Assembly: GCF_006345805.1 (NCBI RefSeq)
Contig: NC_043003.1
Span: 97,774,001-97,838,000 of the forward strand
Origin: Octopus sinensis
Lineage: Eukaryota
DNA length: 64,000 nt
Reading direction: 5' to 3'
In this document: positions 1-12,557 of the stretch, in pieces
Layout: each line of letters starts with the position of its first letter
Numbering within the stretch: the first letter of the stretch is position 1
Program-made: the position numbers and the translations under genes
Notes under the pieces: generated by a model
Database searches by the model: none
What the model saw: the letters and a program-made list of their open reading frames with translations, nothing else
What the model was told of the DNA's origin: nothing

Positions 1-345
1 CTCCATAATGTGATCAATCCAGTTTTTTTACTAGGTTTTTCTCGTAGTCTATTTTCCATTGGATAATAATTTTTATAGACTATCTGTTTTTATGAGATGC
101 ACTCAATATCTTAAGTATTTTTTAATGAAGTTCTTTTACAAAGCACTCTTCAGTTCCAATTTGATCAACACACACTGATTCATCCTTTTATTTCTGCCCA
201 GCAAATTCTTAACATTCTTCTGTAACACCAAATTCTTTTCTGTAACATTCTTCTGTAACATTAAGCTCTATCTTTTTTTTTTCTGCCAGCTTTTTCAATC
301 TGATAGGAAAAAATGTAATTAGTTTGTTCTTTACAGAATCATGGA
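1..345 (-). mobile_element. Degraded RTE-like LINE remnant (post-RT C-terminal region)
   Basis: The minus strand reads, with stops and frameshifts, like the RTE C-terminal pattern (...KKIE..CYRRML.I.W....N.SV...). Boundaries are approximate. Confidence 0.5.
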
Positions 346-734
346 GTCAGGTTGGTCTGAAAAGATTAATGCCCTGCTGTCTTTTTTATCTCTTATGAGA
401 AAGCCCTGCAGACTAGTCTTTGCAGGCCAGTTTTTGCGGACCAGTTTTTGCAAAGCAGTCTTTGCAGACCAGTGCTCTCTCTTGTGAGGGGACAAAGTCT
501 ATGCAGAAGTGATAAGACTGGCAAGAGCTATGCAGGATGTGATAGTCCAGAATTCACGACCCACTGATGTGTAAACATGCTCTGGGTGCTACTAAGCTGC
601 TTCTAGTTATTGATAAATAATCTAGGCATGACATTAGTACCTTCATACATGAAACCTAGCTTAGAGGAGATTACATTCTTTAGTCTCAGATAACAAGTAA
701 CCTAAGAAGTCTCTCTGATGTAAACCACCCTAGT

Positions 735-1286
735 TTAACTCTTTAGCATTCAGATTACCTTGTGAAATGCAATGCTTATTTATTCACATTGTTTTGAATT
801 AATCATCATCATTGTTTGACCGTGGTCGAGACAATGGAATTTACCATGCTACGCCAGACTTCACGGTCCATCATGGCATTACGGAGGTCCTGTTGCTGGA
901 TGCCTGTATCCCTGGAAATTACATCAGGGTAGGAAAGTGTGCGCCCTCTGGTATTGCGAGTAGATGGCTTCCAGAGGAGAAGAGTAGAAATTACCTCTTT
1001 TTCAGCTCTACAACAATGTCCAGCAAACTGGACTCTCCTACCTTTCACAAGAGATGACACAGGTGGTAGTTTCCCATATATTTGCATTTTGGTTGGATGG
1101 CGCTTCCACGAGAGATTTTGATTTAATAATGAACTATCTTTTAACTTTAAGGTTTCAATGATGTGATTGTTTATTTTTACAGTGACATACTAGGGTAGAT
1201 GTGAGGGGCTGGATTTGACCAGTTGAAACATAAGACAAGTAGAATATTTTGGATGGATATGGCCAGATTAAATGCTAAAAGGTTAA
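735..1286. mobile_element. piggyBac-like MITE (family P1) interrupted by an RTE LINE fragment
   Basis: TTAA at 735-738 and 1283-1286 flank the terminal inverted repeats CTCTTTAGCATT / AATGCTAAAAGG. The internal sequence matches the uninterrupted inverted copy at 24348-24577. Confidence 0.7.
804..1121 (-). mobile_element. 5'-truncated RTE-type LINE, 3' end with (TGA)n tail
   Basis: ORF 809-1087 (QIYGKLPPVSSLVKGRRVQFAGHCCR...RGRTLSYPDVISRDTG) is RTE C-terminus-like. About 12 mismatches over ~310 bp versus the copy at 56084-56575. Confidence 0.85.
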
Positions 1287-1687
1287 ACAGAACTGGGCAG
1301 CAAATGTAACTGTATAACTGCTTGGTGAAATAACCTTGATTTATAAGACCATCGCAAGGATTGACTGCTCTTGTTCATCAAGAGCTGCTCTGTCAAAAAG
1401 TACTGGTACTTTAAACTTAACAGTGCACCTGTTTAGATGTTTAAAACTGTTAAACTAGTAAGAACCAACGTAAAAAAAAAGTATCAACATGACCAGTGAT
1501 ACAGTTCCATACATGCATGTATCTGTGTATACATAGAGGCATGCTTGGAAAACTGCTCGAATTCTACAAAAATGCCTTGTATCTAGGTTGGAGGTTGGCT
1601 TTTTCTCTACTTGGGTGAAATTTGAAACATAAAACCAGATATGAGCTTGCATATATGACCCACAATAATATAAGGTCTGCATATTAA

Positions 1688-1905
1688 ACTTGCAGTATCG
1701 CCTGGCGTTGCTCGGGTTTGTAAGGGAAATAACTATATAAGCATTTTTAGAGAGTTACTTCCCTTATATAAAAACCGAGCAAAAAATGCATTAAAAATGT
1801 GGAAAAATGATGGTAAATTTTTTTTAAAATCGTAGACTCATCATAGACGCACGCTAACACCCAGAAGGGCTCGATATGAATCACGACTATAAGATACCCG
1901 CTTAT
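1688..1905 (+). mobile_element. Possible Helitron/Helentron-type non-autonomous fragment
   Basis: Starts with (A)CTTGCAGTATCGCCTGGCGTTGCTCGGG, resembling the ACTAG...CCCGGCGTTGCNCGGG 5' ends of such elements. No 3' end was recognised. Confidence 0.35.
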
Positions 1906-2359
1906 GTGGGAGTAGTTAGGAATCTAAATTGGAGTAGACAGACACACACACAACTTCAGTTTTATATATAAAAATTTCCTCCATCTTAGTTCCTTACTAA
2001 CCCAATGAACAAATAAATAAAAAAAAACAGAAGAAAGCTCACTCCCTTTCAGTTTGTTGTGCCAAACTGAAATGAAAATCTTTACCATTCCTAGAAACAG
2101 TGAGTCTTTGACAGAATGTCTGGGATAAATATTCAACCACTGATAACAATAACCATGGAATTTCATATTTTTTATTTATTTATTAAATTTCAATGGCAGT
2201 AATTTCTTTTAAAATTATTTATTTGTGTGTATATATGGGTATGTGTGCATGTGTGTGTGAATGTGCATACTTGTATGTACATGTGTATGTATATATGTGT
2301 ACCTATATACTTATATGCACATGCAATTATATGTAAGTATGTATGTGTGTGTGTATGTG

Positions 2360-2447
<88 letters not shown>

Positions 2448-2775
2448 TGCACACATACACATTCCACTCTGATTTGAAACAACTATATTTATTTTATTTC
2501 ATTCTATTTTGCAGATTTTTTTCTTTTGTTGTTTTAACATTTTATTTCCCACCATTCCTCTTCTCTCATTAACCCTAACTCTTTCTCCCTCTCTTTCTCT
2601 CTCTCCTTCTCTGTATCTTTTTCTCTCTCTCTCTCTCTCTCAACCCTCTACACCCAAACTCTATCCATACATATTTCATTATTTCTTTTTTTTTTCCTTG
2701 CTTTGAACGTTATTTTCCTTTATTTTGTGCAAAATATCTCTCCCTTTAAGCTTTGTCAAATTTATTTATTGAATG

Positions 2776-2877
<102 letters not shown>

Positions 2878-2933
2878 GATAAGTAAATTAAAAGAACAAA
2901 CAAGCAAACTTTATTACCCTGATTCATTTTTAG

Positions 2934-2993
2934 GGATTACTTTGTGGAAAATTTAGGGGAAGGATTATATCAAAAACGGTCAACGGTGCAAGT
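2934..2993 (+). CDS. EXOC1: Candidate upstream EXOC1 exon (60 nt, phase 2-2, DYFVENLGEGLYQKRSTVQV)
   Basis: Acceptor ctgattcatttttag|G and donor AGT|gtaagt. It is open in the phase that joins the 18244 exon. It falls in a poorly conserved linker, so homology cannot confirm it. Confidence 0.35.
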
Positions 2994-3189
2994 GTAAGTA
3001 GCCTGATGGCAGAACTGGTGTTGTTGATGCTATTTATTGTTTGTTGTTTTTGGTCTTGTTCCCTTCTTTGCTCCAATCTTGCATTTGTTGCCAGTTGAAA
3101 GTGGTTTCCCCATTTTTACTACCTCTTTGTTAATTCTGTTTTTTTTTTTTGTTTTTTTTTGTGTTTGGTCATTTGTTTATTTTTTGGTG

Positions 3190-3230
<41 letters not shown>

Positions 3231-3342
3231 TATTATATATTTTGTTGTTTTAGTATATTTATGTCTGAATGTTGTGTGTGTATATGTATGTGCAAAGATA
3301 TGTGTCTGTGTGTATGTATGCATGTGTGTGTGTTTATGTATG

Positions 3343-3366
<24 letters not shown>

Positions 3367-3373
<7 letters not shown>

Positions 3374-3381
3374 TAAATAAA

Positions 3382-3436
<55 letters not shown>

Positions 3437-3544
3437 TAAATAAATAATTATATATATATACACATATTAAATAAATAATTATATATATATATATATACAT
3501 ATACATATTAAATAAATTATATATATATATATACATTAAATAAA

Positions 3545-3585
<41 letters not shown>

Positions 3586-3593
3586 TAAATAAA

Positions 3594-3636
<43 letters not shown>

Positions 3637-3714
3637 TAAATAAATTATATATATATATATATTTTTATATACATATTAAATAAATTATATATATATATAT
3701 ATACATTAAATAAA

Positions 3715-3764
<50 letters not shown>

Positions 3765-4596
3765 CATTAAATAAATAATTATATATATTATATGTGAATA
3801 TAATTATATTAAGGGAGCAAGGGCAAAAAGAATGACCTATCTTCAACATGCTTGAATGCCAAGGTATTTAGATACTACTGGAAAACTCCAAAGATGTACA
3901 CGTGTATATTTTGGGAGATTTTCGGCAGTGTCTGAATGCATTGGCATTCAAACATTTTGGAGATAGGTTGTTCTTTTCACCATTGCTTCCTTAATATATA
4001 TATATATACTCTTTTACTCTTTTACTTGTTTCAGTTATTTGACTGCGGCCATGCTGGAGCACCGCCTTTAGTCAAACAAATTGACCCCGGGACTTATTCT
4101 TTGTAAGCCCAGTACTTATTCTATCGGTCTCTTTTGCCGCACCGCTAAGTATCGGGGACGTAAACACACCAGCATCGGTTGTCAAGCAATGCTAGGGGGA
4201 CAAACACAGACACACAAACACACACACATATATATATATACATATATACGACAGGCTTCTTTCAGTTTCCGTCTCCAAAATCCACTCACAAGGCATTGGT
4301 CGGCCCGGGGCTATAGCAGAAGACACTTGCCCAAGGTGCCACGCAGAGGGACTGAACCCGGAACCATGTGGTTGGTTAGCAAGCTACTTACCACACAGCC
4401 ACTCCTGCGCCTTCATTTTTTTTGCCCTTGCTCTCTTAATATAATTATATTCACATATATATATATAATTATTTATTTAATGTGAATATATATATATAAT
4501 TATTTATTTAATGTGTGTGTATATATATATATATATATAATTTATTTAATGTGTGTATATATATATATATATATAATAATTATTTATTTAATATAT

Positions 4597-4644
<48 letters not shown>

Positions 4645-4655
4645 TTTATTTAATG
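3367..4655. repeat. (TA)n-interspersed TATTAAATAAATAATTAT satellite in two inverted blocks around a palindromic element and a SINE
   Basis: The left block (~3367-3800) repeats CATATTAAATAAATAATTATATA.. The right block (~4450-4655) repeats its reverse complement. A palindrome lies at 3808-3995. Confidence 0.75.
4009..4411 (-). mobile_element. tRNA-headed SINE, family A
   Basis: Head GGCGCAGGAGTGGCTGTGTGGTAAG..GGTTCAGTCCC has A/B-box-like motifs, an internal microsatellite and an (AGTAAAAG)n tail. Near-identical copies occur throughout the window. Confidence 0.85.
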
Positions 4656-4951
4656 AATAACTTACCTACAACTTTTTATTGCATGCTGATTACCTGATAA
4701 AAATCAGTAACGTGATTTTATCCTTGTATTCTAGTATGAATTAATAAATAATATATATAATATATATACTTCGATTAAAGGTTGTGTTAACCTCATGAAA
4801 GGATGGTTTCATCCAAGGAAATACTGGTTCAGTACCTAGTATTTTTGGGGAATTAATTTCCTTAAAATAATAGGTATATATATATAACTCATTGCTAAAC
4901 CCTTAATTATTGTTATAATTATATATAAAACTTCTTGTATAAGTTTTTAAC

Positions 4952-5020
<69 letters not shown>

Positions 5021-5265
5021 TACACATATATAAAAACATATCGTTTATATTCATATAAAAGAAGAAAAAGAAAGTGGAAATTGGGAAGTTAATAATTGTT
5101 CGTTATTAGCAGCAAATTAATCATCTTCACTTACAGGTGTATGTATGTGTGTATGCATATATATGTGTGTCTGTGTGTATATATATGTATATATAAGCTG
5201 CATGTACAAATAATATATTAATGCTTATGTGTGTGTATGTATGTATGTTTATAGCTATCTGTCTG

Positions 5266-5330
<65 letters not shown>

Positions 5331-6982
5331 ATATATGTTATTTGTGTGTATTAATATGTATACATGTGCATGTATATATCTATGTGTGCATGTATGTGTG
5401 TGTGTGTTTCCCAACCTAACTATAATTACTCTTTATGTCTGTACAATTTTCCTTTGCCATTATTTTGATCTGATACGATGTCCTTATTTATTCAAAAGTT
5501 ACTCATGTCACTTCTATCAGCTATCTTTGGTCTAAAGGGCTAAACAGCAACACACACATATATATATATATATACAGTTATCATGTGAGTGTCAGTCTAG
5601 GGTTTAACAATAATAAAATCACTCTGATTAAGCAAATATTTGATCAAAGACATTCTAGTCCTCATAAAGCCTGCATAGTTCAATGTGCTCCTTTTTATGA
5701 TAGTTGGGTATGATTTGAGAGAGATTTCGCTTCTATCATCAAGAAAGTGAATCAACCACGAAGCAGATCCCTTGTTGGATTGCTATTATCTGTTATTTAA
5801 TTAAGGTTGTGTATTTATATATATATATACATACATACATACAATCAAGGCTAAAAGAATGTAAAAAAAAGCATCAGTTGGTTGCAACTCTTTCAATATA
5901 AAAAGTCTAAAGGAGCATGCAGTATACCTCATGCAATGTGCTTTATGCTATGTGCTGTATGTAGCGTGCCATATACAGTGTGCTGCATGTTATATGCTAT
6001 ATGGAATGTGCCTTATATGTACAATGCAATATATGTGACATGCCTCATGAATTGCACTGCATGCAATTTGCAATATGTGAACACTGGTGATAAATGGAGT
6101 GTCAAATAGCATCTTGTAAGAATATATGAACTAAAGAAGTGCAATACTATCATTTAGAAAATCAAATAAATAGTGAATGATGTTGCTGTTTAGCCCCAGG
6201 TTAGCCTTGATTGAGCAAGCCTCAGATCAAAGTCATTCCAGAGCCATGACTATCTGATATTTATGTTGTTTTTCTTTTTGAAGCATAGTGTGTATAGGAC
6301 TAGATTATTCAATGCTCTTTCTTTTCTTTAGATGATGGGGTGATGGTGTGATTTGACAGAAAACTTTTGTCTCCTATTTCTCTCTTATTTCTAATAGTTT
6401 GACTGGCCACACAGAGGCTTTCTCTGTTGTTGTATAATTCATATATTGTATAGTGTTGCAATATGTTTCAGTAAATATATGTATGTATATATGTTAACTT
6501 TTACAAGTTTGTCAGTGACATCTTTGAAGTTTCAGTTTGCTCATCAATGTCAGATAGTCTGATGTTAGTGATCAGGTTGGAACATCAAGGTCATTGTCAA
6601 CTTTTATCGAGTAAAAATTAATATGTACTCTACTAAGAAATATTGGGCAATCTTCCAGTTTAATGTTAAATTGTTTTTAATATATAACTTGACATAAAAA
6701 CAAACACTATACATCTTATATATATAGTGATGTATTTTAGCTATATAAAATAGTAAAAGATTAGTTGAACAAGGACTCAAGATGGAATTGAATTGAATTA
6801 TTTATAATTAAGAAATTGACTGTTACTTCAAACTTTTGTTTTATAAGATTTTTTAAAACTGTTTGAAAAGCCTAATTCATTAAAAATTCAAATTAATGAT
6901 CAGTTTCTAACTATGATCGTTAGAAAATAGTCAGGATTAAAATGATAAAAATTATGGTGATGATTAGGATGAAGATATTATC

Positions 6983-7250
6983 ATCATCATTTAGCATCTA
7001 CTTTCCATGCTGGCATGGGTTAGACAGTTTGACTGGAACTGGTAAGCTGGAGAGCTGCACCAAGTTCCAATCCGATTTGGCATGGTTCCTATGGCTGGAT
7101 GCCCTTCCTAATGCCAACTACTCAAAGGGTGTAATAGGTGCTTCCTACATGCTTTTATGTGCCTCTGGCATATGTGCTCATATGTGCCACCAGCACAGGT
7201 GTGAGACTCACGACATCGGCACTGACCACAACTATAATTTCACTTGGCTT
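6983..7250 (-). mobile_element. SINE/LINE-derived repeat, family C (TGATGATG tail)
   Basis: Shares GGCTGGATGCCCTTCCTAA(C/T)GCCAAC and the tail ..GCTAAATGATGATG with copies at 28.2, 31.1, 33.4, 34.1, 38.1 and 40.6 kb. Confidence 0.75.
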
Positions 7251-7259
7251 GACGAGTTT

Positions 7260-7319
<60 letters not shown>

Positions 7320-7323
<4 letters not shown>

Positions 7324-7786
7324 ACAGGACGAGAATTCAGGAACACTGGAGGGGTGTCTGGTCTGGTCCTGTCACATTCAATTCAAGTTGAATATACGGA
7401 GACAAAGTCAGGCTGTCTTTGATAACAGTAAGTGGTGGTTTATTCTGCGGTTACAGGTAAGAACGGGTACACATGTATCTCTAGTAGGGAAAGCGGCAAC
7501 CGAATCTACAGGACTGGTTGCAATGCTTTCTCGTGCGAGTCAAGATGATTCGGTGTTCGCTCCCGCTTCGTTGGGGTGAGGTTCTCTGAGTGTAGGGTTG
7601 TTCCCTGAGAGAAAGTCAAGCCACGTCCGACCGCTAGCGCTGCTCATGCCAGAAAAGACCGATTCAGCGATCAGCCTTTTAGGTTTCAGTTCCTGCACAT
7701 ACGCATGAGGAAAACTTCCGGTGGCCAACCAGAAGTAATCCAATTCTGCGCATGTGCACTGAAACTTACACAGTAGCGTCACTACA
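7320..7786 (-). mobile_element. Solo LTR (probably Gypsy-like) inserted in a (TA)n tract
   Basis: TG...CA termini (TGTAAC / ACTACA on +) with TATA on both sides. Minus-strand AATAAA at ~7438-7443, about 120 nt from the minus 3' end. CpG-rich relative to the flanks. No internal domain. Confidence 0.65.
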
Positions 7787-7792
7787 TATATA

Positions 7793-7826
<34 letters not shown>

Positions 7827-7836
7827 CACACACCCA

Positions 7837-8060
7837 CATGAAGGAGTGCTGGAAAGTTTTTAGCTTTAAGGGTATTGCGAAAGACCTGGTTGGAGACCCA
7901 ATCTTCTGAGTTCTTTTACAGGGCTTAGAACAATCAAAGGACTGCTGCAATAAGTGTGTGAACCCAAGAGGGGAATATGTTGAATAAAATCATAATTAAC
8001 TGATCCTCCTTTTACTGATCCTTCAAATACTCAAAGCCAGGAACTTTTCAGCACCTCTGC
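7837..8060 (+). mobile_element. mariner-derived MITE
   Basis: Imperfect TIRs GAAGGAGTGCTGGAAAGTTTTTAGCTTT / AAAGCCAGGAACTTTTCAGCACC. Retains the mariner C-terminal remnant CNKCVNPRGEYVE*. Confidence 0.65.
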
Positions 8061-8185
8061 ATATCGTTTATTTATTTTACATCTATTTTGTTTTCATGCT
8101 AGCATGGGTTAGATGAAGATTTATTTGATTATGGCCAGATGATTTTCCTGCCAACCCTTTACTTGATTTTCAATTGAAGGATGTT

Positions 8186-8411
8186 TTAACCCTTTTGTTA
8201 CTGTATTTATTTTGAGATGTTCTGTGTTTCTTTAAATTACTTTAAATATAACCAAGAATTTAGTAAAATAACTTAGTTATCATTCAGTTAGTTTTAGGAA
8301 CTTAAATTGTGACTAAGGTTTAGTGGAAGATTTTTATTCAAAACTTATGAAAATAAGACATTTACTCAGTGCCAGAGCCGGTTTCAGCCGGGCTGGTAAC
8401 GAAAGGGTTAA
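8186..8411. mobile_element. piggyBac-like MITE (family P2)
   Basis: TTAA-CCCTTTTGTTAC ... GTAACGAAAGGG-TTAA. A second copy lies at 31975-32202. Confidence 0.75.
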
Positions 8412-8880
8412 TGTTTCACTTGTCATCAAAAGTGCAGACTGTTCAATTTGTCAACAGGGAATGTAAGCATCACTTCACTGTTTTACTCTTCTGGTGACAA
8501 GTGAAGATAAAAATGTCAACATTTGTGCACAAACAAGCAAACAGACAAACAAACACAGATTATGGCATTTTCTGTCCACTTAAAAGGCATTGGTTGGCTC
8601 AAGGCTGTAATAGAAGGCAGTTGCCTAGGGTGTCTTGTAGTGAAATGGAACTCAAAAGCATGTGGTTATGAAGCAAATACCATATCTACATAGTTATGCC
8701 TGCACTGTGTGTGTGTTTGTAATCATTTGTGTGTTTGTAAATACACGTGTATCTGTATATGTATGCTTTGTATGCAGTGACAGTATAAACCTCCCAATGT
8801 ATCAATAGTTTCATTGCATGTGTGATATCTGTCTGTTACTTTCTGTGTCCAGCAGCATTCTATATTATGAATGAATGATA

Positions 8881-9112
8881 AGGCGTCGAGCTGGCAGAAA
8901 CGTTAGCACACCGGGCGAAATGCGTAGCCGCATTTCGTCTGTTGTTACATTGTGAGTTCAAATTCCGCCGAGGTCGACTTTGCCTTTCATCCTTCCGGGG
9001 TCGATAAATAAAGTACCAGTTACGCACTGGGGTCGATGTAATCGACTTAATCCGTTTGTCTGTCCTTGTTTGTCCCCTCTATGTTTAACCCCTTGTGGGC
9101 AATAAAGAAATA
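8881..9112 (+). mobile_element. tRNA-headed SINE, family B
   Basis: GGCGTCGAGCTGGCAGAAACG..GAGTTCAAATTCCGCCGAGGTCGACTTTGCCTTTCATCC. Paralogues at 24.0, 30.5, 36.5, 46.1, 52.2-52.8, 58.0, 61.1 and 63.5 kb. Confidence 0.85.
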
Positions 9113-9234
9113 TATATTATGAATGATTGTGGTTTTTATGCTTTGGCTGTTGTTACTGATGTTTTGGTACCCCTCTCCATGTTTGGAACCAAACTTGTGT
9201 ATTGTATTATAATTATGTTACAGCTGTATAAAGA

Positions 9235-9286
<52 letters not shown>

Positions 9287-9683
9287 TAATAAAAATAATA
9301 ACAACAGTAATGATGATGATGATGATGGCGATTATGATGATAATATTAATAACAGTTTGAAACCCTGTGGCTGGGAACTGAATTTCATAACCACACAGCC
9401 ATGCCTGCGCTTGTTTAGCTTCTTTGTGAAGATGAATCCCTGTTCGTATCAACATATACAATATTTAATATTATTGTTAGCTTAGATAGAGTCTGAACCA
9501 CTGCTAGCCTAATGTATCTTAGGCAGTATGAGTGTTTGTGCGGTTGGTACTCATCCTGTTGCTTGGTTTAACACCTCCACCATTACCTGATATCTTGGAC
9601 GCTTGTGGTAGGGTCTTCACTCTGTCACCTGCATTCAGGCCAAGTCTCCAGCTTGAAGATATCTTTCACCCATCAATCTAGAA

Positions 9684-10035
9684 CAGTGATTCTCATCTGG
9701 GACCTGTATGGCCCCTGAGGAGCCGTACAAGATTTTGGGGGTGTGGGGTGGGTTTCCACATAATAAAATTGTAAATTAGGGATCCACAATAGAATTTGGA
9801 GACCCCCTGAAAAAATTTTGCATTAGATGTATGTATTGCAAGAAACAGCTAGTTTTTCTTTCTCTAACATTTTACATGGTCCAACCTACACAAACTAATG
9901 TGTGAAGAACAAAATAGGAATTTTGAAAGAAGTTTCTATAAAACTCGTTTTTAAACATCAAATGGCTATGGGGGTCCACCAGAGTAAAATAGTAATCAAA
10001 GGGGTCCATAGATGAAAAATGGTTGAGAATCCCTG
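9684..10035. mobile_element. hAT (Charlie/Buster-type) MITE
   Basis: TIRs CAGTGATTCTCA / TGAGAATCCCTG and a perfect 8-bp TSD ATCTAGAA (9676-9683, 10036-10043). Paralogue at 38800-39133. Confidence 0.85.
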
Positions 10036-12500
10036 ATCTAGAAGCTCCTGTATAAGGTTTGTGGACACAGCCTTCTCTTCTGATTAGAAGATTAAAAAAA
10101 AATTGATGTAAAGTAGCCAGGTGTGTTTCCACATGAGATTCCCAAGTTCCCTTCAACTACTTTCAGTTAGTAGGTTACTTACTTTATCAATGATTGGTTC
10201 AAAGCACATGTAAGAAGACAGTTGCCCAGGCTGTCAGTCATGTGGTGAGATAGAATTAAAAAAACATCCACAGTGCCTATTACACCTGCAGAAGGCTATG
10301 TCACACTTTTAACTTCTACACTCATCCTTACAACATTCATATCTCACCATATGTTCCACACTTTACAGTTGAATTATTACAAATGAATAAATGAACTTTA
10401 GTTGATAGTAAAATAAAACCTAATGTTCATTTGATATGTCATGACTGGGTTGGTATGATACTTGGAAACATCTTTATCTTCAATCCCTAGCCTGCGATGG
10501 GAGGCGGAGACTGTCCTCTCAACCAATATGTTGCAGTGGGTACTGCTGGATGATGGACTCTGGTGATGATGTTATTCCACGCTTTCTGATCCATGGTACT
10601 GGCCTTAGCATGCTTGTGGTCAAAGTGCTGTGACTTTAGGTCTCCCTCGGTTTGTTTAGCCTGTCTTCTTTGGCATAAGTAAAAAAAAATTGTTTTCAAA
10701 AAATGAAAAGAAAAAAAATAATTATTCTCACAATTTATGTTAATTTGTTCAACAATCCTATTTATTTGTTTTATTAATTAGTTAGACGAGGAATGGCAAC
10801 AGCACCTTTGACCTTTGTAGGCCTTTTGCAGACTGATGAAATCAATAGTGATGATGTTCTGTCTGAACTTCTGCAGATCAGTTCCTGAGGATGAACATGG
10901 CCAAGAAGGAAAGTCTAGAGACTGAAACTCTGTGAAAGTAATATTTGGACAAAGTGTTCAGCAGTAGATTTTGTGGGGGAGACATAGTAAGGATGATGAG
11001 GAGGGGATACACGCTCATATACGTGTCTATTGAATCTGGGTGGGAATTGTGAGCAGCTTGTCAGTTTAGAGGAATAAAGATTCTGTCTTTGCCAGTCAGC
11101 TGAAAAGTCTATTCTTGATGTTGTTCAGAATATAACAGCAGCATTATCATCATAGATATGTTAGCACTACTTTCCTATTTTTCCTTCTTCTCTTGTTCTT
11201 TTCTGCCTTGCCAGTTACTTGAGAACCCCATGGAAAAAATAGCATGCGGTACACACTGTACAGTGGTTGGCATTAAGAAGGGCATCTAGCTGTAGAAACC
11301 ATACCAAAGCTGATGTGGAGCATGATGCAGCCCAGTGGCTCACTGGATTTTGTTAAATCATTAAATCCATACCAGCGTAGAGAACAGACATTAAATGATG
11401 GTGATGATGTTGATACTCTAAGAGGGGTCCACTTTAGCTTTGAGAAGGGTTATCAGCTGATCAGAGCTGACTTTAAAGAAGGGGTCTAGCAATTGGGATA
11501 GAAATTTGGCAATGATATATATGTAAGGTAGCTTTGAGAAACCATTGGACAGCATGAAGTGAAACATAGAGACTTTGAAGGTTTTAGAGTGTGTTTATAT
11601 GTGTGGAGGGCGTAATGCAAGATTGATTCCGTGTTATTGTATCTTTGTAATGCTGAAGTTGTCTCTTTCTTCATTGAAGAATGATTTTGAAGTCTCTCTT
11701 CATAGAATCAGTGTATATGTGAATTGGTGTGGCTAGATTATTTGTAGGTGATACTTGTGTGTGAAAGGTTAACAAATAGTACAAAGGGTAGTGTCATTTG
11801 TGAAGAAATATGTGGTGCGTGGTTTGACATAATAGCATTTAGGTCATTAATGTACAAAAGGGAAATTGGTAGGAGATGTTAACAAACCTTGGACCATACC
11901 ACAATTCATCTAATGAAGGGGTCTTTTTTGGACAAACACTGTAGCTATTGGCTTCTCAGTGATATATTGATTTACATCAAAGATAGAGATTTTAAGAAAC
12001 CAATATTGGTCTAAGTCATTGAGTCACTATTGATTCCTCATTACAGAACCTGTTTTTATGCCAATAATGCTTTTGGCTCCACTATGCATATTTTTCAATT
12101 TTAAAAAAAGATTTTTATATTTTTATTATCTATTTTTTTTTGTTATATTTTCTTTAAGTTTGCATTTTCTTCTCTTTTTCTTCAGCGCTTTTTTGTGTTT
12201 TTTTTTTATTATCTGCATTTTAATCGCTTTGTTATTTGTTTTATTGTTTCCTTTTCTTTTTCTGTTACAAAATTTTATTTTCCCTTTTTTTCTTTTCACC
12301 TTTCCTTTGTTTTTGCAGCTTTCTTTCCTTCTTTTTTTACTCTTGCTCTTTGTTTATTTTTAATTTGTTGTGTTTTTGTTGCATCATGACTGTGTATATG
12401 TATGTCTGTATGTATGTGTGTGTATATATATATATATATAATTATATATATGTATGTGTATATATGTATATATATATATATATGTATGTGTATATATATG

Positions 12501-12557
<57 letters not shown>

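Noticed and set aside
337-350. ttacag|AATCATGGAGTCAG|gttggt as a microexon
   Set aside because: It lies within the antisense LINE remnant, and 14 nt is not frame-preserving.
407-475. Five degenerate 14-bp repeats (TGCAGACCAGTTTT)
   Set aside because: Short decayed tandem repeat with no further structure.
812-1057. Plus-strand ORFs 812-1057 and 56102-56347 as duplicated genes
   Set aside because: They are antisense shadows of the RTE LINE fragments.
6558-6610. Possible EXOC1 exon SDVSDQVGTSRSLSTFIE ending in phase 2
   Set aside because: Poor pyrimidine tract, weak donor (gtaaaa) and no recognisable similarity. Not excluded, but unsupported.
7780-7786. CACTA motif suggesting an EnSpm/CACTA element
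   Set aside because: There is no matching CACTA/TAGTG at the other end, and the TG..CA termini with AATAAA fit an LTR better.
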